A model generated the notes under the pieces. That model ran no database searches. It was given only the letters and a program-made list of their open reading frames with translations, and was not told the origin of the DNA. A DNA stretch of 64,000 bases from an uncultured Candidatus Saccharibacteria bacterium (GTDB taxonomy: Bacteria > Patescibacteriota > Minisyncoccia > Phycocordibacterales > Zambryskibacteraceae): NCBI GenBank assembly GCA_964348525.1, contig CAYGCY010000001.1, positions 21,873 to 85,872 of the forward strand, read 5' to 3'. A program made the translations under genes and the position numbers. Below are positions 54,586 to 63,705 of this stretch, one piece after another; the first letter of the stretch is position 1, and every line of letters starts with the position of its first letter.

Positions 54586-55503
54586 ATGGCAAACAGACAC
54601 CTTTCGAGATCAATAGTCCTCCAATCTCTCTTTGAATGGGACTTCTTCGACTTGAAGCCCTCTCAAGTAAAAGCCGTTGTAGAAAGAAACGCACAGGAAT
54701 TTGCACCAGGGATGAAAGATGTTTCTTTTGCTGAAAATTTAGCAAAGGAGGTAATCAAGAAAAAGAAAGATTTAGATTTAATAATAGAAAAAGCTGCACC
54801 TGACTGGCCAATTGATAAAATAAATGGAGTAGATAGAAATGTTTTGAGACTTGGGCTTTGTGAACTGCTGTTTTCAAATAGGGAAGAGGTCCCGCCTAAG
54901 GTTGCCATAAATGAAGCCATTGAACTTGCGAAAACGTTTGGAGGGGAGACTAGTGGAAAGTTTGTAAATGGGGTCTTAGGTGCGGTCTACAAAGAGATGG
55001 GGGAGCCGGGGAAAGAACAGCAATCTAGCAAAGGCGCAAAAGGCAAGAAAAACAGCCTAGACGATCAGAACATTCCTCTAGAACAGTTGGGAGGGGCGGT
55101 AGTTTATGCAAGAGATAATGACAAAATATACATAGCACTTGTCCATGATGTTTTTGGGCACTGGACTCTTTCTAAGGGCAAGCTTGAAGGTGAAGAAAAA
55201 GTGAAAGATGGTACTGAAAGAGAGATAAAAGAAGAAATAGGTTTGGATATAAAAATAAAAGAAGATTTAGGTGCCAACGAATATATTGCTTATCATCCAG
55301 AAAAAGGAAAATTAAGAAAAAGGGTCCATTATTTTTTAGCAGAAGCCGATTTTGAACCTTTGAAACTTGAATCTAGCGGGGGTTTGGATGATGCGAGATG
55401 GTTTACCGTAGCAGACATTGTGGACCTCAATTTTTATGATGACGTTTTGCCCATTGTTACGAAAGCCGTAACCCTCCTTGCCGAAAAGTATTCCAGACAA
55501 TAA
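54586..55503 (+). CDS. nusB: NusB antitermination factor fused to a C-terminal NUDIX hydrolase domain
   Basis: N-terminal ~140 aa NusB (LRLGLCELLFSNREEVPPKVAINEAIELAKTFGGETSGKFVNGVLG), Gly/Lys linker, then a Nudix box GKLEGEEKVKDGTEREIKEEIGLD within a ~140-aa Nudix fold; single uninterrupted ORF. Confidence 0.75.
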   Translation: MANRHLSRSIVLQSLFEWDFFDLKPSQVKAVVERNAQEFAPGMKDVSFAENLAKEVIKKKKDLDLIIEKAAPDWPIDKINGVDRNVLRLGLCELLFSNREEVPPKVAINEAIELAKTFGGETSGKFVNGVLGAVYKEMGEPGKEQQSSKGAKGKKNSLDDQNIPLEQLGGAVVYARDNDKIYIALVHDVFGHWTLSKGKLEGEEKVKDGTEREIKEEIGLDIKIKEDLGANEYIAYHPEKGKLRKRVHYFLAEADFEPLKLESSGGLDDARWFTVADIVDLNFYDDVLPIVTKAVTLLAEKYSRQ

Positions 55504-55514
55504 TATAAGCCACT

Positions 55515-56219
55515 ATGGCAGAAGCCAAAGACAATTACGGGCCCTTTGAAGAGCGCATCGGCGTGGTTTTTAGAGATAAAGATATTTTGAGGCAGGCCTT
55601 TACCCACAGGTCTTATTTAAATGAAAATAAGAATGTCTTATGGGGACATAATGAAAGACTAGAATTTCTAGGAGACGCTGTCTTGGAGCTAATCATTACT
55701 GATTATTTATACAAAACTTATCCAGATAAAAATGAAGGAGAAATGACAACACTTCGATCTGCTTTAGTGAAAGCGGACACCCTCTCATCTGTTGGAGTAG
55801 ATATGACAATAGGCGAATATATGCTTCTCTCTCGTGGCGAAGCAAAAGATTTGGGCAGGGCTAGACAATATATTTTGGCCAATGCTGTTGAGGCGGTCAT
55901 AGGGGCTATTTATTTGGATGGTGGATATGGAGAAGCGAGAAAAGTGATAGAGAGATTCTTGGTGCCAAAAGTAGAAATGATAATAAAAGAGGGCTTGGCC
56001 GTAGATTCCAAGTCAAAATTTCAAGCACACGCGCAAGAACATTTTGGTATTACTCCTGTATATAAAACTACTAAAGAAACAGGGCCTGATCACGACAAAC
56101 ATTTTACTGTTGGGGTTTTCCTAAAAGATGAACTTATAGCTACAGGAGAAGGGGATTCAAAACAAGTGGCTGAACAGAATGCCGCGAAGTTAGCACTTGT
56201 AGAAAAGGGGTGGGAGTAA
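55515..56219 (+). CDS. rnc: Ribonuclease III
   Basis: ERLEFLGDAVLELIITDYLY signature and C-terminal dsRBD. Confidence 0.9.
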   Translation: MAEAKDNYGPFEERIGVVFRDKDILRQAFTHRSYLNENKNVLWGHNERLEFLGDAVLELIITDYLYKTYPDKNEGEMTTLRSALVKADTLSSVGVDMTIGEYMLLSRGEAKDLGRARQYILANAVEAVIGAIYLDGGYGEARKVIERFLVPKVEMIIKEGLAVDSKSKFQAHAQEHFGITPVYKTTKETGPDHDKHFTVGVFLKDELIATGEGDSKQVAEQNAAKLALVEKGWE

Positions 56220-56226
56220 TCATAAA

Positions 56227-56352
56227 TACACCCTCTGCCAATCACGCATAGATTTTTCCAGCGAAAAATCTTGCTGTCTCTCAGTTTTTTAATCCCGCTA
56301 ACAAGCGGGATGCCATGCTAAAAAACTTCCGAGACGATTGGCAGAGGGTGTA
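56227..56352 (+). ncRNA. Candidate structured RNA element: 17-bp closing helix enclosing two internal hairpins, immediately downstream of rnc
   Basis: TACACCCTCTGCCAATC (56227-56243) pairs with GATTGGCAGAGGGTGTA (56336-56352); inner hairpins GATTTTTC-cagc-GAAAAATC and TCCCGCT-aaca-AGCGGGA. Confidence 0.4.
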
Positions 56353-56396
56353 TTTATATAAAGCATACAGTCCTCATTTAAAGTTGTTAAAAAGAG

Positions 56397-56428
56397 AGAT
56401 AAGACAAACCCCCTCAGGGCGGACCATA
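56397..56428. terminator. Bidirectional terminator
   Basis: AACCCCCT-(14 nt)-AGGGGGTT with T-runs on both strands. Confidence 0.55.
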
Positions 56429-56441
56429 AGGGGGTTTTGGG

Positions 56442-56738
56442 TTAGGCAGGGTTACTTTTTTGGCTACTACGTTCGAGGTCCGCTAGCTCTTCTTTGTAAA
56501 AGGTTTCGTTGGCCTCCGTTTTTGCCTCTTTGTACCAAACATACATATTCCAGGTGTACCAGAGGCAGGCCAAGGTCGGGATGAGAAGTACACCGGCCCA
56601 GAGTCGGCTGTCTTTTGCCATAAATGCCCAGACGCTGGTAACACCGAACAGCAAGGTGCCGATGATTCCTATAATCATCAAAAAACAAGACAGAAGGACC
56701 ATCATGTGCCTTTCTCCTGGTTGTGGTTCTTTATGCAT
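56442..56738 (-). CDS. Small membrane protein (98 aa, 2 TM), GC-elevated, hypothetical
   Basis: ORF with two TM helices and Trp/Tyr-rich segment; terminator downstream. Confidence 0.45.
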   Translation of the reverse strand: MHKEPQPGERHMMVLLSCFLMIIGIIGTLLFGVTSVWAFMAKDSRLWAGVLLIPTLACLWYTWNMYVWYKEAKTEANETFYKEELADLERSSQKSNPA

Positions 56739-56794
56739 TTCTACCTTTTAAATAAAGAAAGTCAAACTATGTCGACATGCTATAATTTTTTGGC

Positions 56795-58996
56795 ATGCTC
56801 AAATCTATAGAATTAAACGGTTTTAAATCTTTCGCCAAAAGGTCCGATTTTGTTTTCAATTCGCCTATTTCGGCAATCGTAGGGCCAAACGGTTCTGGCA
56901 AATCAAATATTGCTGAGGCTTTTCGCTTTGTTTTAGGTGAGCAGTCTATGAAGTCTATGAGAGGGAAAAGAGGGGAAGACCTAATTTTTAACGGCTCTCC
57001 AGATACCCCAAAAGCTAATCGTGCTTCTGTAAAACTTGTTTTTAATAACAATCCCAAAGTTTTTTCTTCGGTAGATTTTAATGAGGTAGTTTTAGAGCGG
57101 GTTGTGTACAGAGATGGCACTAATGAATATTTGATAAACGGTAGCAAAGTGCGTTTGAAAGACATCGTAGAGCTTTTATCAGAAGCCCATATTGGTATGA
57201 CAGGGCACCACATAATTTCTCAAGGGGAAGCAGACAGAATTCTCTCGGCAAATTCAAAGGAAAGGAGAGACATGATAGAGGATGCGCTGGGTTTAAAGGC
57301 TTATCAATACAAAAAAGAAGAATCTGAAAGAAAGCTTGAGAGGACTAGGGAAAATATGAAGCAGGTGGAAAGTTTGCGAAAAGAAATAGCCCCCCATCTT
57401 CGTTTTTTGAAAAAGCAGATGGAAAAAGTTGCTCGTACGGAAGAATTACGCAAAGAACTAACTTTGAAGGCAGGAGAATTTTTTGGCGCAGAATCATTTT
57501 TTATAAAAACAGAAAAGGAAAAAATTCTTGCAGAGTTGGCACCAGATAAAAAAGAACTGGCACGAGTTGCAGAAGGAATAAGGACAGCGAAAGAGAAGCT
57601 CGAAGCAGGTTCAAAAGTGCATGATTTATCTAAAAATCTTCAGGAGGCAGAGAGAAATAGAGAGAAATTAAGGCAAGAGGTGAACGAGACCGTGCGTGAG
57701 CTAGGGCGACTCGAAGGAGAATTGTCCGCATTGAAAAGGATGTCCGAAAAGGTTCACAGCGCCGTACCATTTGAAACAGCGAGAGATTTTTTAGAAAGGC
57801 TTTCCTTTTTAGTAGATGAGTTGAAAAATTTTTCTGAAAAAGGCGATATAGAACAAGTAAAAGTTCAAGCTGAAGCGATAGAAAGAGAAATAAAAAATTT
57901 TCGAACAGCAAATACGGCCGAGAATGGGCAAACAGATTTTTCTGAAATCTTGGTTCAAAAAGAAAAATTAGCAGGGAAACTCATTGAGCTTAAAAAGGAC
58001 GAAGAACAAGCTGTTAAGCATTACACCTTGATTGCAAAACAAGTAGAAGAAGAAAAAGAGGGGAGTCGCACAGCAGAAAAAGCCGTTTATGAATTATTGA
58101 GTAAAGAAAAAGAATTTCAGACCCGTATAGCTATTTTAACTGCTAAAGAGCGGGAACTCATAGTGAGGGAAGACGATTTAAAGCAAAATATGGCCGAAAT
58201 AGGGGCCATGATAGGCAGGGCATTTTTAGATGAAATATTAAGAAACCAAAAATCTTTTGAAATTTCTCCAGATCATGACACCAAGAGAAAAGAGGTCGAA
58301 AGGTTAAAAATAAGGCTTGAAGAGTCTGGTATAGGGGGCACGGCTGATATAGAAAAAGAATTCAATGAAGTAAGCGAAAGGGATGTTTTCTTAGAAAAAG
58401 AATTGGCCGATTTAGATACCTCCGCAGGCTCTCTAGAACAGCTGATAGTAGATTTGTCTGAAAAACTAGAAGTAGATTTCGCCGAAGGTTTGGAAAAAAT
58501 AAATTCTGCTTTTGAAGAGTTTTTCTCTATCCTTTTTGGTGGCGGTAAGGCTTCGCTTACAATAAAGAGTGTAAAGAAGAGAATTAAAAAAACAGATAAT
58601 GAAAGTGGTTTGCTAGAGGAGGTTCAAGAAGAACAGGAAGAATCCGGAATTGATATAGCGGTAAGTTTGCCACGCAAAAAAATTTCGGGACTCATGATGC
58701 TTTCTGGAGGAGAACGTGCCCTCACATCGATCGCGCTTATTTTTGCGATGTCTCAAGTCAACCCGCCACCATTTATTATTCTTGATGAAACAGATGCGGC
58801 GCTCGACGAAGCCAATTCTAAACGATATGGAGATATGGTAGAAAATTTAGCTGCCAAATCTCAACTAATTGTGATTACACACAACAGAGAAACTATGTCT
58901 CGTGCAGGAGTTATTTATGGGGTAACCATGGCACAAGGTGGGGTGTCCAAAGTACTCTCCATTGCTTTTGCTGAAGCAGAGGAAATAGCAAAATAA
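56795..58996 (+). CDS. smc: SMC-family chromosome-segregation ATPase, unusually short (733 aa)
   Basis: N-terminal Walker A GPNGSGKSN in an SMC_N pattern, long coiled coil, C-terminal LSGGERALTSIALIFAM signature and Walker B ILDETDAALD. Confidence 0.7.
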   Translation: MLKSIELNGFKSFAKRSDFVFNSPISAIVGPNGSGKSNIAEAFRFVLGEQSMKSMRGKRGEDLIFNGSPDTPKANRASVKLVFNNNPKVFSSVDFNEVVLERVVYRDGTNEYLINGSKVRLKDIVELLSEAHIGMTGHHIISQGEADRILSANSKERRDMIEDALGLKAYQYKKEESERKLERTRENMKQVESLRKEIAPHLRFLKKQMEKVARTEELRKELTLKAGEFFGAESFFIKTEKEKILAELAPDKKELARVAEGIRTAKEKLEAGSKVHDLSKNLQEAERNREKLRQEVNETVRELGRLEGELSALKRMSEKVHSAVPFETARDFLERLSFLVDELKNFSEKGDIEQVKVQAEAIEREIKNFRTANTAENGQTDFSEILVQKEKLAGKLIELKKDEEQAVKHYTLIAKQVEEEKEGSRTAEKAVYELLSKEKEFQTRIAILTAKERELIVREDDLKQNMAEIGAMIGRAFLDEILRNQKSFEISPDHDTKRKEVERLKIRLEESGIGGTADIEKEFNEVSERDVFLEKELADLDTSAGSLEQLIVDLSEKLEVDFAEGLEKINSAFEEFFSILFGGGKASLTIKSVKKRIKKTDNESGLLEEVQEEQEESGIDIAVSLPRKKISGLMMLSGGERALTSIALIFAMSQVNPPPFIILDETDAALDEANSKRYGDMVENLAAKSQLIVITHNRETMSRAGVIYGVTMAQGGVSKVLSIAFAEAEEIAK

Positions 58997-59005
58997 TAAA
59001 CAAAC

Positions 59006-59034
59006 TAGGCCCGAGGAGAATCTCCTCGGGCCTA
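59006..59034. terminator. Bidirectional terminator between convergent smc and the M15 peptidase gene
   Basis: TAGGCCCGAGGAGA-A-TCTCCTCGGGCCTA. Confidence 0.75.
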
Positions 59035-59043
59035 GACTTAACT

Positions 59044-59643
59044 TTATTTACTGTATTTATATCGCCTGAACACCATCACGTGCCACACAGCCTGACGCTT
59101 CTCTTCCGTCGCCTCGATTCGTCCCGCTCCCTCATGAAAGAGTAGTCGAGAGCGGATGAATTTTTGTTCGGTGAGTGTTAGGCCGAGCCTTGCGATGTCG
59201 ACGGTTGAGCCCATGAGGTGTGAAGACGCACGGGCTCCGTACGTTTTCGCCGCATTGCGATTTCGTTTCCGCAACTCAGCCTGCGTTTCAATGTCTCTGA
59301 CGCAGGAATTCACCTGAATGGGTTTACCGAACTTCTTCTCAAACCTCGTGCCGAGGTCTTTGATGAAGTCGACAGTCTGTGGACGACAGAAACGTCTGTT
59401 GAGAGGAAGCTCGGAGTCTACTACGACTCCGTACTTACCATCCGGAATGCGAACCAAAAGTCCGGCTTTGACAAATCTCTTGATCATCTCTTCGTTCTTG
59501 ATTTTCGAGAGATTTTCACGCTTCCCTTGCTTGTTCTGTCTTTCAACAGAAGAAGGGGAGCCTCGAAGAGATGGTCTTGTCGTAACTTGCGCCTCTGCAA
59601 TAAGCGCACAGAAAGACAGGTATACTGCAAACAACTTCCGCAT
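59044..59643 (-). CDS. Secreted peptidase M15 family (VanY/D-Ala-D-Ala carboxypeptidase-like) protein, GC-elevated (~53%)
   Basis: signal peptide; zinc-ligand pattern SSHLMGSTVD (H-x6-D) and C-terminal AVWH. Confidence 0.55.
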   Translation of the reverse strand: MRKLFAVYLSFCALIAEAQVTTRPSLRGSPSSVERQNKQGKRENLSKIKNEEMIKRFVKAGLLVRIPDGKYGVVVDSELPLNRRFCRPQTVDFIKDLGTRFEKKFGKPIQVNSCVRDIETQAELRKRNRNAAKTYGARASSHLMGSTVDIARLGLTLTEQKFIRSRLLFHEGAGRIEATEEKRQAVWHVMVFRRYKYSK

Positions 59644-59725
59644 CAGACCTCCTTTGTGACTGGTGTGTAGAGCGTTCTACTCGTATTATATACCTTTTTA
59701 CTTATCTTGTCAAGAAAAACCTAAC

Positions 59726-61678
59726 CTATTGAGCTAACACAAAATCCAGTTGTCTTCTGTCTGGATCTGCGGAGATTAACTTTACCTTTACTGAATCACC
59801 CAGAGAATATTTTTTCTTTGTTGTTTGACCTACAGCTGAGTAATTTTTTTGATCTAATTCATAATGATCGTCTGTCATATCTTTAAATTTCACCATCCCA
59901 TCACTTTTTGTTTCCACTTCCTCAACATAGACACCCCATTCGGAAACTCCAGAAATAATTGCATCGAATACTTCTCCAATCTTGTTCCCCATAAACTCTA
60001 CTTGCTTTAATTTTATTGAATTTCTTTCTGCTTCAGCCGCATTTACTTCGCGTTCGCTACAATCCTCGCAAAGTTTTTGAAATTTCATAAATTCATCGCT
60101 CGAGATTTTTCCACCAGTTAATTCTCTTTGAAGTAGTCTGTGCACTACGAGATCAGGGTATCTTCTGATAGGGGACGTAAAATGTGTGTAGTATTCAAAC
60201 GCTAGCCCAAAGTGCCCTATATTTTTAGTGGAATAAATAGCTTTAGACATTGAACGAATAGCGACAGTTTTAATGAGCGCTTCGCTCGGAGAGCCCTCTA
60301 TTTCTTTCAAAACTCTATTTATATCTTTAGCGGTTGATGTGCCGTTTTTATGATGCAATTCATATCCGAGCGCTTTTAAAAATGTTGCTAAATTTTCTAT
60401 TTTTTCTGGATCTGGCAAATCGTGTATGCGATAAACCATAGTAGCCCCCCGCTTACCCTCTATTTTATCTGACATGAATTTTGCTACTTCGCGATTGGCG
60501 AGGAGCATGAAATCTTCTACCAGTTTATGAGTATCCTTGCGAATCTTTTTTAGAACCCTTATGGGGTGTCCCTCGCTATCTAGCTCAAATTTTATTTCTT
60601 CAGTTTCAAATTCTATGGCTCCGTTTTTAAATTTCTCAATTCTTAATTTTTCTGCCAGTTTCTTGAGAATGTTTAACTCTTCTAGGTATATGCCTGATTG
60701 TTTGTCTAAAGTTTCCTGTGCCTCTTCATAGGTTAGTCTTTTATCGGACTCAATGATTGTTTTCCCAAACCATCTGTTCTTAACCTCGCCATCTTTGTCC
60801 ATATTAAAAATGGCCGAAAAAGCGAATTTAGGCTCATTTGGATTTAATGAGCACAGGTCGTTTGAAAGTATTTCGGGAAGCATTGGTATAGTTCTATCTA
60901 CCAAATAAATAGACGTTCCTCTTTTTACTGCTTCTTTATCTAGTTTTGTTCCCTCTACCACGAAATGCGAAACGTCTGCTATGTGAATACCTATTTCAAA
61001 AGTGCCGTCTCCGTTTTTTGTTACTGACAGTGCATCGTCGAAGTCTTTAGCGTCCGCTGGGTCTATAGTGAAAGTGGCTGCGTCTCTATAATCTCTTCTG
61101 CCGGCATTCTCAGGATTTTCCAGCGCCTCTCCAAGCTCGCTTTCTTTATATTTTTTATTTATTTCACTCGCCTCTATCTCCACATCTTCGGGAAATTCAG
61201 GTTCAAAACCAGACTCGAGGACTATAGAAAGCATTTCGGTGTTGTGGTCACCCTTGCGCCCTATCACTCTCAACACCTCGCCCTCTGGAGATTTTAAAGG
61301 ATCTTTCCAAGCGGTTATTTTTACTAAAACTTTATCTCCGTTTTTTCCACTATTAGATTTTGATTTATGTACAAAAATGTCTTTGTACATTCTTTTGTCA
61401 TCGGCCTTTAGAAAGTAAAAATCACCGTCGTCTTTGCCGAGGAGGGTGCCAACAAACTGATCTTTTCTTCTTTCTAAAACTCTTTCCACTTGTCCTTGTG
61501 GTTTGCCCCAAGGAGACTTTGTTCCTAAATCTTTTATTTCAACTTCATCTCCGTGGAGAGCAAAATTCATTTTTTCCGGTGCAATCTCCAAATCTCCCTC
61601 GGGGTTGTCTTCGCGCCTCAAATAGCCCACTCCGCGAGAGGTGGCTATTATTTTTCCTATAAGATTTTCTTTAGACAT
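59726..61678 (-). CDS. rnr: Ribonuclease R (ORF-track start 61741 is a TTG over-extension; in-frame ATGs at 61708 and 61678)
   Basis: cold-shock N-terminal domains, RNB catalytic domain (HFGLAFEYYTHFTSPIRRYPDLVVHR), S1 domain. Confidence 0.85.
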   Translation of the reverse strand: MSKENLIGKIIATSRGVGYLRREDNPEGDLEIAPEKMNFALHGDEVEIKDLGTKSPWGKPQGQVERVLERRKDQFVGTLLGKDDGDFYFLKADDKRMYKDIFVHKSKSNSGKNGDKVLVKITAWKDPLKSPEGEVLRVIGRKGDHNTEMLSIVLESGFEPEFPEDVEIEASEINKKYKESELGEALENPENAGRRDYRDAATFTIDPADAKDFDDALSVTKNGDGTFEIGIHIADVSHFVVEGTKLDKEAVKRGTSIYLVDRTIPMLPEILSNDLCSLNPNEPKFAFSAIFNMDKDGEVKNRWFGKTIIESDKRLTYEEAQETLDKQSGIYLEELNILKKLAEKLRIEKFKNGAIEFETEEIKFELDSEGHPIRVLKKIRKDTHKLVEDFMLLANREVAKFMSDKIEGKRGATMVYRIHDLPDPEKIENLATFLKALGYELHHKNGTSTAKDINRVLKEIEGSPSEALIKTVAIRSMSKAIYSTKNIGHFGLAFEYYTHFTSPIRRYPDLVVHRLLQRELTGGKISSDEFMKFQKLCEDCSEREVNAAEAERNSIKLKQVEFMGNKIGEVFDAIISGVSEWGVYVEEVETKSDGMVKFKDMTDDHYELDQKNYSAVGQTTKKKYSLGDSVKVKLISADPDRRQLDFVLAQ

Positions 61679-61695
61679 GTATCTCTTGTAGAAGG

Positions 61696-61757
61696 ATTGG
61701 GAAGGCATTGTCACGGAGAGATATGCCGCGCTCCTAAACAATTCCCTCCCAGTCCTT
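61696..61757 (+). repeat. Hairpin element copy F (loop TCACGGAGAGATATGCCGCGCTCCTAAAC), overlapping the rnr 5' end on the opposite strand
   Basis: stem GGATTGGGAAGGCATTG / CAATTCCCTCCCAGTCC (14/17). Confidence 0.7.
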
Positions 61758-61817
61758 TCCGGTTAAAACTTTAACATATCTTGCAGTAGTTCTTAAATTT
61801 GGTACTATAGCGCGACA

Positions 61818-62111
61818 ATGTTAATGATAAGACTACAGAGGGTGGGCAGAAAACACGAGACGGCTTTTCGTCTTGTTTTGACTGACAAACAAAACAGCAC
61901 AAAGTCTGGACGCTATCTCAAGGCTTTGGGTTCTTATGACCCACGCAAAGAGACGCAGCATTTTGATGCAGAAAATATTAAGAAAGCGATTTCTCATGGA
62001 GCAAAACTTTCTGTCACTGCCAACAACCTTCTTATCTCGAATGGCATTATAGAGGGCAATAAAATAAACGCCCAGCCAAGAAGATCTCCTAAACCAGAGA
62101 AGAAGAAATAG
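61818..62111 (+). CDS. rpsP: 30S ribosomal protein S16
   Basis: MLMIRLQRVGRKHETAFRLVLTD bS16 N-terminus. Confidence 0.9.
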   Translation: MLMIRLQRVGRKHETAFRLVLTDKQNSTKSGRYLKALGSYDPRKETQHFDAENIKKAISHGAKLSVTANNLLISNGIIEGNKINAQPRRSPKPEKKK

Positions 62112-62116
62112 ACATA

Positions 62117-62180
62117 GCAAAATAAGGAGCCTTGTCACGGAGAGATATACCTCGCTCCTAAACAAGGCCCCTTATTTTGC
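62117..62180 (+). repeat. Hairpin element copy G (loop TCACGGAGAGATATACCTCGCTCCTAAA)
   Basis: stem GCAAAATAAGGAGCCTTG / CAAGGCCCCTTATTTTGC (17/18). Confidence 0.8.
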
Positions 62181-62260
62181 TTTTACTGATATAAGGGAGG
62201 GGTATTTCATTGTGCTAAAATGTTCTTGGTAGTTATTTAGTATTTAATTAAACGAAAGAA

Positions 62261-62584
62261 ATGGAAAGAGATCACGAGTTTTTGGATTATGTAGTGAAGG
62301 CACTAGTTGATCACCCAGAGTCAGTTAAGACGGAAAGAACAGTAGACGAAATGGGGGTGCTTTTGAGATTGTCTGTGCACCCTGATGATATGAGAAAGAT
62401 AATAGGCAGGGAAGGAAAGACAGCTAATGCTATAAGAATACTTTTGAGGGTTGTGGGGATGAAAAATAATGCTCGTGTGAATTTGAAAATAAATGAACCG
62501 GAAGGTTCGACCAGAATGACCCCGCCAGACAGAAATGGAGGAATGAAAGATTTTGATCAGGCGATTGATGATTTGAGGTTGTAG
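62261..62584 (+). CDS. KH-domain RNA-binding protein (YlqC/UPF0109-like)
   Basis: KH GxxG region IIGREGKTANAIRILL; follows rpsP as in many bacteria. Confidence 0.7.
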   Translation: MERDHEFLDYVVKALVDHPESVKTERTVDEMGVLLRLSVHPDDMRKIIGREGKTANAIRILLRVVGMKNNARVNLKINEPEGSTRMTPPDRNGGMKDFDQAIDDLRL

Positions 62585-62600
62585 GACAGATTATAGACAG

Positions 62601-62623
62601 AAGCCACGCTATTCGCGTGGCTT
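62601..62623. terminator. Hairpin AAGCCACGC-TATTC-GCGTGGCTT, probable bidirectional terminator
   Basis: read directly. Confidence 0.55.
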
Positions 62624-62833
62624 GGTTAATCTATGCATTGATTCAGTAAAGTGTGTGAAAATGTAGAGGGCCACTGATCCGCCAATAATCTGGCTCAGGA
62701 TCACGGTGTTCTCACCGAGAAGTGTATGAGCCAAAACAAACGCAATAAACCCACCACACACCGACCCTAGGACATCAATGAAAAGTCTCACAGGCTGGGT
62801 TCTCCTAGTAAGTAGTAGACAACTCCTACACAT
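62609..62833 (-). CDS. Small membrane protein (74 aa), possibly GlsB/YeaQ/YmgE-like; low confidence
   Basis: two hydrophobic helices with GG motif; 3' end overlaps the terminator hairpin; GC-elevated. Confidence 0.3.
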   Translation of the reverse strand: MCRSCLLLTRRTQPVRLFIDVLGSVCGGFIAFVLAHTLLGENTVILSQIIGGSVALYIFTHFTESMHRLTKPRE

Positions 62834-62865
62834 GATAGTATCATTAATACCTAACTTGTCAATAG

Positions 62866-63513
62866 ATGAATTTTCATTTTATAACTCTTTTCCCGAACGC
62901 ATTTGAATCGTATCTAGGCGAATCTATTATTTCTCGTGCTTTGAAAGACAAAAAAATATCTGCGAAATTTTATAATCCTCGCGACTATACAAAAGATAAA
63001 AATAGAAGAGTTGATAGAAAACCTTATGGAGGGGGCCCGGGGATGGTTTTGGAAGCAGAGTCGGTGGGGAAGGCAATTGAGAAGGCACTCAAAAGCTGTA
63101 AGTCAAAAACCAAAATTATATTTTTTTCTCCAAGCGGTAAGCAATTTACTAATGAATATGCAGAAAAATTTTCAAAGAATTATAAAAATATAGTTTTTGT
63201 ATGTGGTAGGTATGAAGGGATAGACGCTAGAATAAAAAAAATGTTCAAAATGGAAGAAATTTCTGTAGGGCCATATGTGCTTACAGGAGGAGAGCTCCCA
63301 GCAATGATTGTAATGGATTCTGTGGCGAGACGCGTAAAGGGGGTATTGGGGAAAATAGAATCATTAGAGGAAAATAGGATAGCGGGTAAAGATGTTTATA
63401 CAAGGCCTGAAATTTTGGTATGGAAAGGGAGGAAACTACGTGTGCCAAAAATCCTTCTTTCAGGACACCACCATAAAATAGAAAGCTGGAAAAAAACACA
63501 AAATGGGGGATAA
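62866..63513 (+). CDS. trmD: tRNA (guanine37-N1)-methyltransferase
   Basis: SPOUT/TrmD pattern FITLFPN..., GGGPGMV, LTGGELPAMIVMDS. Confidence 0.9.
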   Translation: MNFHFITLFPNAFESYLGESIISRALKDKKISAKFYNPRDYTKDKNRRVDRKPYGGGPGMVLEAESVGKAIEKALKSCKSKTKIIFFSPSGKQFTNEYAEKFSKNYKNIVFVCGRYEGIDARIKKMFKMEEISVGPYVLTGGELPAMIVMDSVARRVKGVLGKIESLEENRIAGKDVYTRPEILVWKGRKLRVPKILLSGHHHKIESWKKTQNGG

Positions 63514-63705
63514 ACCCCTTGACGGATTAGTAGTCCTGATATAGGATTTCGATACCTCGAAAAAGAATGAGTTTTGGTACCCGGGGACAAGGAAGAAGGT
63601 GCGAATAGAGGTCTCTGCCTCTTAAATTTACAGAAAGATTAATTAATAGCCACGTCCGAATCCGGAAAACGGAGTCGGAGGTTCGTTTTTGTATTTTTAT
63701 TTTAA

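Noticed and set aside
63514-63705. A promoter call for rpoB in the trmD-rpoB spacer (cTTGACGgattagtagtcctgaTATAGG)
   Set aside because: Hexamer spacing is ambiguous (15 versus 17 nt depending on the -10 choice), so it was not listed as a feature.
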